Of a stretch of DNA of 64,000 nucleotides, positions 59,361 through 64,000 are shown piece by piece; position 1 is the stretch's first letter, and each line of letters begins with the position of its first letter. The translations under genes were made by a program, and so were the position numbers. The notes under the pieces are model-generated. The model saw only the letters and a program-made list of their open reading frames with translations. It made no database searches and had not been told where the DNA came from. The DNA is taken from assembly GCA_041483895.1 (NCBI GenBank), contig JBGPGO010000004.1:96001-160000 (forward strand), written 5' to 3'. The stretch is from Fimbriimonadia bacterium. Lineage in GTDB: Bacteria > Armatimonadota > Fimbriimonadia > Fimbriimonadales > JABRVX01.

Positions 59361-62300
59361 ATGTCATCGAGCCGATTTTTGACCGTCATTGTGGGTATCG
59401 CCGCGACTGCGTCTGTGGTCGCGCATGACTTCGTAGACGAATTCAACGGCAATTCGGTGGATACTTCCCTGTGGACCGTTGACACAGGTCAGGGTGTCGT
59501 GTCAGTCGCGAACGGTTTCCTGTCCTTATCTGCACCATCCAGCGCCTCGGGGTTCCCAGCGCTGACCTGCGCGACCAACCCGTTTGCCGCCGGTAGTTGG
59601 ACATTCGAGATCAGAATGCGCTACACAAACCTACACGGTGGGCATGGGGACGGCGTCGAACTGTTTCGAAGCCCAGACGGTGACGGAAGTCCCTACAAAA
59701 CGATCATCTGGCAGGACCTCAACAATTTGGCCTTCTTTTGTTCGAACACGCTCATGTTCGTGATCTCGGGAGGGGATACGGAGTGGCATACGTATCGGCT
59801 CGTATACACGGTTGAACAGAATGTGTTCGCGGCCTATGTCGATGAAGTGAAGCGGGGAGAAGTCCCAGCGGAGGCGCAATGCGACACGATAAGGATCGGG
59901 AATCCGAGGTCCGGATGCTGTAACGGCTGGAACTCCTTTGACGTCGACTATGTTAGGATCACTCCCGCCGAAGATACGTGGCACGTCAACCCGGCCAATG
60001 GCCATCTGTACAAGCGGACGGATACCATGAACTGGAAGGACGCCAGGCGGCAGGCCGTGCTGTGGGGTGGGCAATTGGTCACAATCAACGATCAAGCGGA
60101 GCAGGACTGGCTCCTCCAGACCTTTGGCGACAGCGAAGACCTGTTCATCGGCCTGCGCGATGTCAAGCCGCCGCTCCAGAAGTGGCGGTGGGAGTCTGGC
60201 GAGGCGGTCAGCTACACGAATTGGAACACTGGAGAACCCACAGATACAGTTGCCGAGCCGGTTGTCATGCTTAATAATGGATTAGCCGGCAAATGGAACA
60301 ACGTGCCGATGAGCTTTTTGGCGCGCGGCATCGTCGAGCGGACGCCACCTCAAGTTCAGCGACTGGCGGTGGGTTCCGACGGCGCGACCGTCACCTCTGA
60401 CCCGCTGGAGCCGGGCAAGCGATACGTTATTGAGGCTTCTGGAAGCTGGCAGATCGCTCTTGACGGCCGACTGGCCGACGCGAACTATTGGCGAGATCAG
60501 GACGGAGTTTGGCGGGAAAAGAGCGCTCCTGGACTCCTGGTAAACAATCAGAATGTCGCTTGGATGGGGTCCCCCGAAGGCGTATATTATGCGACGCACA
60601 CCTACTCGCCATCTCACGTCTATCGGTATATCGTCGTCGGCAACGGCGAGCCCATATCGTTCCGCGTGAACGATACACAGTACGACGACAACTTCGGCGG
60701 GTTGCAGGTAAGGATCTATTCGCCCGTGCCGACAACGGGTACACAGGCTGACGCGCTATGGCCGTTGCACTACGTCGATCGTAACAACACGGGCTTTTTT
60801 CCATGGGCCATTGGGCCAGATGTTCCTCAGGTACGCTGGTCGCTGCCTAACGTCGGTTTGGCCGTCCTAGTCTCAAGCAATGGTAATGTTTATTGCCTTT
60901 CAAATGCAGCACTACAATGCTTTAGCCCGGATGGCTTACTCCTTTCTCAGGCGACACTGCCAGGCAGCCAAATAAGCATTGGCGGCGTTATCGGAGCGGA
61001 CGGCTCGGTCTTCCTGCTGGCACACCAATACATCGCCGCCTTTGATGAGAATCTCAACCTGCGCTGGCAATATTCAGATGGGGGCTTGTGCGGCCCTGTT
61101 GTAGACGACGCCGGCAACCTGTACTATGGTGGCTGGTTCGGCGGGGGTCAACTTTATTCACGAACCCCCTCAGGCCAGCTAAGCTGGTCCCTTCCTTTGT
61201 CTGAAGAGATGTTCCCTCGCATGGTCCTCGGCCCAGATAATCTGATCTATTTGAAGGCTCTTCATTCGCCCCGAATCTACGTGTTCTCCATCGACGGCCA
61301 GTCTCTAGGCAATTTCGACGGGCGCGGAAACGGGGGCATGACGCCGGTTTTCGATAGCGATGGCACGTTCTACACGACGACCGCCGACGGCATGCTCCAT
61401 TGCTTTAACCCGGACCGGACGCCTCGCTGGGAACAGAATATCGGAGCGACGGTTGATACCACCCTTGCTCTTGCGCCCGACCACAGAGTCGTTAGCCAGA
61501 CGTTTTCGAGTGGATTACTCCTAAGCTTCTTGTTCGATGGAACTCAACTGTGGTCCACGCCCCAGGACGCCTCCGCCTATCAACATATCCGGCTCGACGC
61601 GCAGGGAACGGCAACGAACGCGAACTTTGCGAATCGTATCTGGTCCGTAGACTTCATGGGTAGCCCGATGTGGAACCAACAGTTCGCAGGAACAGATATG
61701 ATCGCATCGCACGTTATTGGACCCGACGGCACGATCTACGCGACTGCGGGAGGGCTCCTGGGCACACTCTACGCCATCGGCCCAGGCTCGCCAGTGCTCC
61801 AGGAAACCTTCCTAACCATTGATAACACCACAATTAAACGCGGTGAGACTGCGGACCTCGCCGCTCGACTGGCATTGGGTAGAAACTCCGGCGGGGCGAG
61901 AAATCGCACCGTCCGGTTCTACATAGATCACGTGGTATTAGGCCAGGCGGTGACCGACTGGCGCGGTATCGCAACGTTGCCCTATGCCGCGCCGAGCAAT
62001 ATGGCGATCGGACCACATGTCTTGACCGCGAACTTCGATGGCGATACGAATTTTTGGAACTGCGAAGGCGACGGCACACTATACGTTCGCCGCCCCGTCA
62101 GCCAAGTGGAAGGCCAGATCTTCTTGGAGAACTACGAACCCGACCCGACTGGGCAGTCCATCACCTTCGAATTGCTCGACGGCGGCGGACAAACGTTGGC
62201 CGACACCGTAGCCATCCTGGATTCCACGGGCCATTATTCGTTTGAAATGACATACGAAGGACCTTGTTCACTCCGGGCGAAAGGCAGCCACTGGCTCAGC

Positions 62301-62531
62301 TCAGTCGTCTCAGGCCTCAATCTGTCCGAATCAGCGCCGGCCATCGCCAACATGCAACTGCCAAATGGTGACGCCGATGGCGACAATCTAGTAAGTCTCA
62401 TTGACCTGAACCGGATTCTCATTGAGTTCACATCGACTGCATCTACCGACACCGATCTGGATGGATCTGGAAAAGTGGATTTGCCTGACCTAAATATCGT
62501 CTTCTTGAACTTTGCAAGGGCCGGTCAATGA
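59361..62531 (+). CDS. Large secreted modular protein: ConA/LamG-like, C-type lectin, PQQ-type beta-propeller, Ig-like and dockerin-like domains
   Basis: DTEWHTYRL; NGHLY..WKDA..LVTINDQAEQDWL..YTNWNTGEP..WNN; repeated IGxDGTIY/LxW blades; GDADGDNLVSLIDL..DLDGSGKVDLPDL. Confidence 0.85.
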   Translation: MSSSRFLTVIVGIAATASVVAHDFVDEFNGNSVDTSLWTVDTGQGVVSVANGFLSLSAPSSASGFPALTCATNPFAAGSWTFEIRMRYTNLHGGHGDGVELFRSPDGDGSPYKTIIWQDLNNLAFFCSNTLMFVISGGDTEWHTYRLVYTVEQNVFAAYVDEVKRGEVPAEAQCDTIRIGNPRSGCCNGWNSFDVDYVRITPAEDTWHVNPANGHLYKRTDTMNWKDARRQAVLWGGQLVTINDQAEQDWLLQTFGDSEDLFIGLRDVKPPLQKWRWESGEAVSYTNWNTGEPTDTVAEPVVMLNNGLAGKWNNVPMSFLARGIVERTPPQVQRLAVGSDGATVTSDPLEPGKRYVIEASGSWQIALDGRLADANYWRDQDGVWREKSAPGLLVNNQNVAWMGSPEGVYYATHTYSPSHVYRYIVVGNGEPISFRVNDTQYDDNFGGLQVRIYSPVPTTGTQADALWPLHYVDRNNTGFFPWAIGPDVPQVRWSLPNVGLAVLVSSNGNVYCLSNAALQCFSPDGLLLSQATLPGSQISIGGVIGADGSVFLLAHQYIAAFDENLNLRWQYSDGGLCGPVVDDAGNLYYGGWFGGGQLYSRTPSGQLSWSLPLSEEMFPRMVLGPDNLIYLKALHSPRIYVFSIDGQSLGNFDGRGNGGMTPVFDSDGTFYTTTADGMLHCFNPDRTPRWEQNIGATVDTTLALAPDHRVVSQTFSSGLLLSFLFDGTQLWSTPQDASAYQHIRLDAQGTATNANFANRIWSVDFMGSPMWNQQFAGTDMIASHVIGPDGTIYATAGGLLGTLYAIGPGSPVLQETFLTIDNTTIKRGETADLAARLALGRNSGGARNRTVRFYIDHVVLGQAVTDWRGIATLPYAAPSNMAIGPHVLTANFDGDTNFWNCEGDGTLYVRRPVSQVEGQIFLENYEPDPTGQSITFELLDGGGQTLADTVAILDSTGHYSFEMTYEGPCSLRAKGSHWLSSVVSGLNLSESAPAIANMQLPNGDADGDNLVSLIDLNRILIEFTSTASTDTDLDGSGKVDLPDLNIVFLNFARAGQ

Positions 62532-62639
62532 ATCAACGGCCTCGCATTAGGAGCGAAACCATGCGTTTGCTGGTGCGAGTCGTTGATGGAAGCGCATTGA
62601 GACATTAGCGGGATCGCGCCACCAACCCTGATCCCCGCA

Positions 62640-62667
62640 GCTATCGATAACGTCCATTATCGATAGG
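62640..62667 (-). other. 28-bp dif-like recombination site 4
   Basis: Minus strand CCTATCGATAA-TGGACG-TTATCGATAGC. Confidence 0.8.
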
Positions 62668-62694
62668 ACCGGGCCGCGCATCCGGTTCTAGCGT

Positions 62695-64000
62695 CTACTC
62701 TTGCGGCGTGTACGTCGAGATGAAGTTCGTGTCCGTCAGCCACTTGCGGAATGCCGGGTTATCCGAGAATTGCTTGAACAGTTCAGCGTGGTCCGACAGA
62801 AGCTGGACGATAACTCGCTCCAATGCCTTATCGTGCTCGATGCGAGCATTTTGTCTATCGGAGTTCTGGATGGCGTTCTGGTACGCGGTATCGGCCGCAA
62901 CTCGGGCGGGGATTTCGACCGTAATGACCTCCTTGATCTTATCCTCGTCCTTCCAATCGATGTTGCCGAACTGCTCATTGAAGACCCGCAGAATATTGCT
63001 CAGCTGATCGATCTCAGGCTCTGGCATGCGTCCGCCGCCGGAAGTTGGCAACGGTTCGATCTCCGCATCTGTGTCGGCCAAGGCTATGGACATCGCTGAC
63101 CGGACTTCGACGCGGTAGCTGTCCATGTCGATGGATTCGAGGATTCCCTTGGAAAGGTCTTCCTCCATTGGGGCCGGCAGCTTCGGGATCAGGAAATTCA
63201 GGAAGATCGACAGCTTCTCCCATTCGGCGAAGCTATACGGCAGGATCGACGCCAAGAAACCGTACGTCCGAACAAATGCCTTTGCCTTGCCTTTGAAATC
63301 CACTTGGCCGTCTTCATCAAGCGATCCAATGTAAACGGCGACACAGGCGTCGAGGATTGGATCAAGGTGGTCGCGGTCAGCACCCGAGAGATACCGTTCG
63401 ACAATAACATCGACCTCATTCGGGCCATACACTTGGTACCCGTCTAGATCCGCCTTCAAATCGTGAAGTCTATTCGGGTCCGTCTCCCTGCTCAGAATAG
63501 TCGTGCGGTAGTACGGTTCGAACGCCTGCTGAATCGTGTCTGAGTCGTTTACGAAGTCCAGCACAAACGTATCGTGCTTCTTCGGGTGGGCCCGGTTGAG
63601 CCGTGATAACGTCTGCACCGCCTTGATGCCAGACAGAGGACGGTCCACGTACATGGTGTGAAGAAGCGGCTCGTCGTACCCGGTCTGGAACTTGTCGGCG
63701 CAAATCAAAAACCGATACGGATCCTCTTGAATCTTTTCGGCGATCTTCCCACTCGGAAACCCGTTGAGCGTCGATTCGGTCACTTTCTGGCCGCCGTCCT
63801 CATGTTCGCCGGAGAATGCGACAATGGCTTTGAACGGACTCTTCCGTTCCCTCAAGTACTCACTGAACGCGTGGTAATAGTCGATTGCCCGCGCGATAAC
63901 ACCAGTTATCACCATCGCGCGTGCCTGGCCGCCGACCTTCTGCTTGGCAAATACCTGGTCGTGAAAGTGATCCACCATGATCTCAGTCTTCTGCCGAATG
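62695..64000 (-). CDS. hsdR: Type I restriction enzyme R subunit, C-terminal part (5' beyond window)
   Basis: ARAMVIT, LICADKFQTGYDEP, MYVDRPL, AVQTLSRLNR, FVLDF. Confidence 0.92.
   Translation of the reverse strand, partial: IRQKTEIMVDHFHDQVFAKQKVGGQARAMVITGVIARAIDYYHAFSEYLRERKSPFKAIVAFSGEHEDGGQKVTESTLNGFPSGKIAEKIQEDPYRFLICADKFQTGYDEPLLHTMYVDRPLSGIKAVQTLSRLNRAHPKKHDTFVLDFVNDSDTIQQAFEPYYRTTILSRETDPNRLHDLKADLDGYQVYGPNEVDVIVERYLSGADRDHLDPILDACVAVYIGSLDEDGQVDFKGKAKAFVRTYGFLASILPYSFAEWEKLSIFLNFLIPKLPAPMEEDLSKGILESIDMDSYRVEVRSAMSIALADTDAEIEPLPTSGGGRMPEPEIDQLSNILRVFNEQFGNIDWKDEDKIKEVITVEIPARVAADTAYQNAIQNSDRQNARIEHDKALERVIVQLLSDHAELFKQFSDNPAFRKWLTDTNFISTYTPQE

Larger units (their letters stand above)
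37500..64000. mobile_element. Accessory genomic island (satellite-like block plus recombinase-site-delimited cargo modules); left edge approximate, right edge beyond window
   Basis: Phage-type methyltransferases, iteron-like array, tyrosine recombinase, four dif-like sites, R-M gene. Confidence 0.65.

Overview
GC-rich bacterial window. The SigH-like sigma factor, diderm porin and dockerin-tailed secreted protein suggest Armatimonadota (inference). Bases 1-20 kb are mostly housekeeping: ceramidase-like gene, hpt, cysE-cysS, VanW, MgtC, sigH, tRNA-Val(CAC), sucA-sucB-lpdA. Bases 20.4-32.8 kb hold a minus-strand operon of six mutually paralogous, signal-peptide-bearing proteins of unrecognised family, ending in a secreted HExxH metallopeptidase. 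From about 37.5 kb to the end is an accessory island. It starts with a satellite/phage-like block (two ParB-methyltransferase fusions, a Rep-like gene followed by iteron-like repeats, a TerS-like HTH). Next come four copies of a 28-bp dif-like site (11-6-11, consensus SSTATCGATAA-TGGnnn-TTWTCGATASS). These sites closely bracket a complete kdpFABC-DE module, a central tyrosine-recombinase module, and an ECF sigma/anti-sigma/four-paralog/lectin module; a type I R-M hsdR follows. The two main candidates for undescribed systems are this recombinase-plus-cassette array and the six-paralog secreted operon. Three genes carry single-base frameshifts that may be assembly errors.
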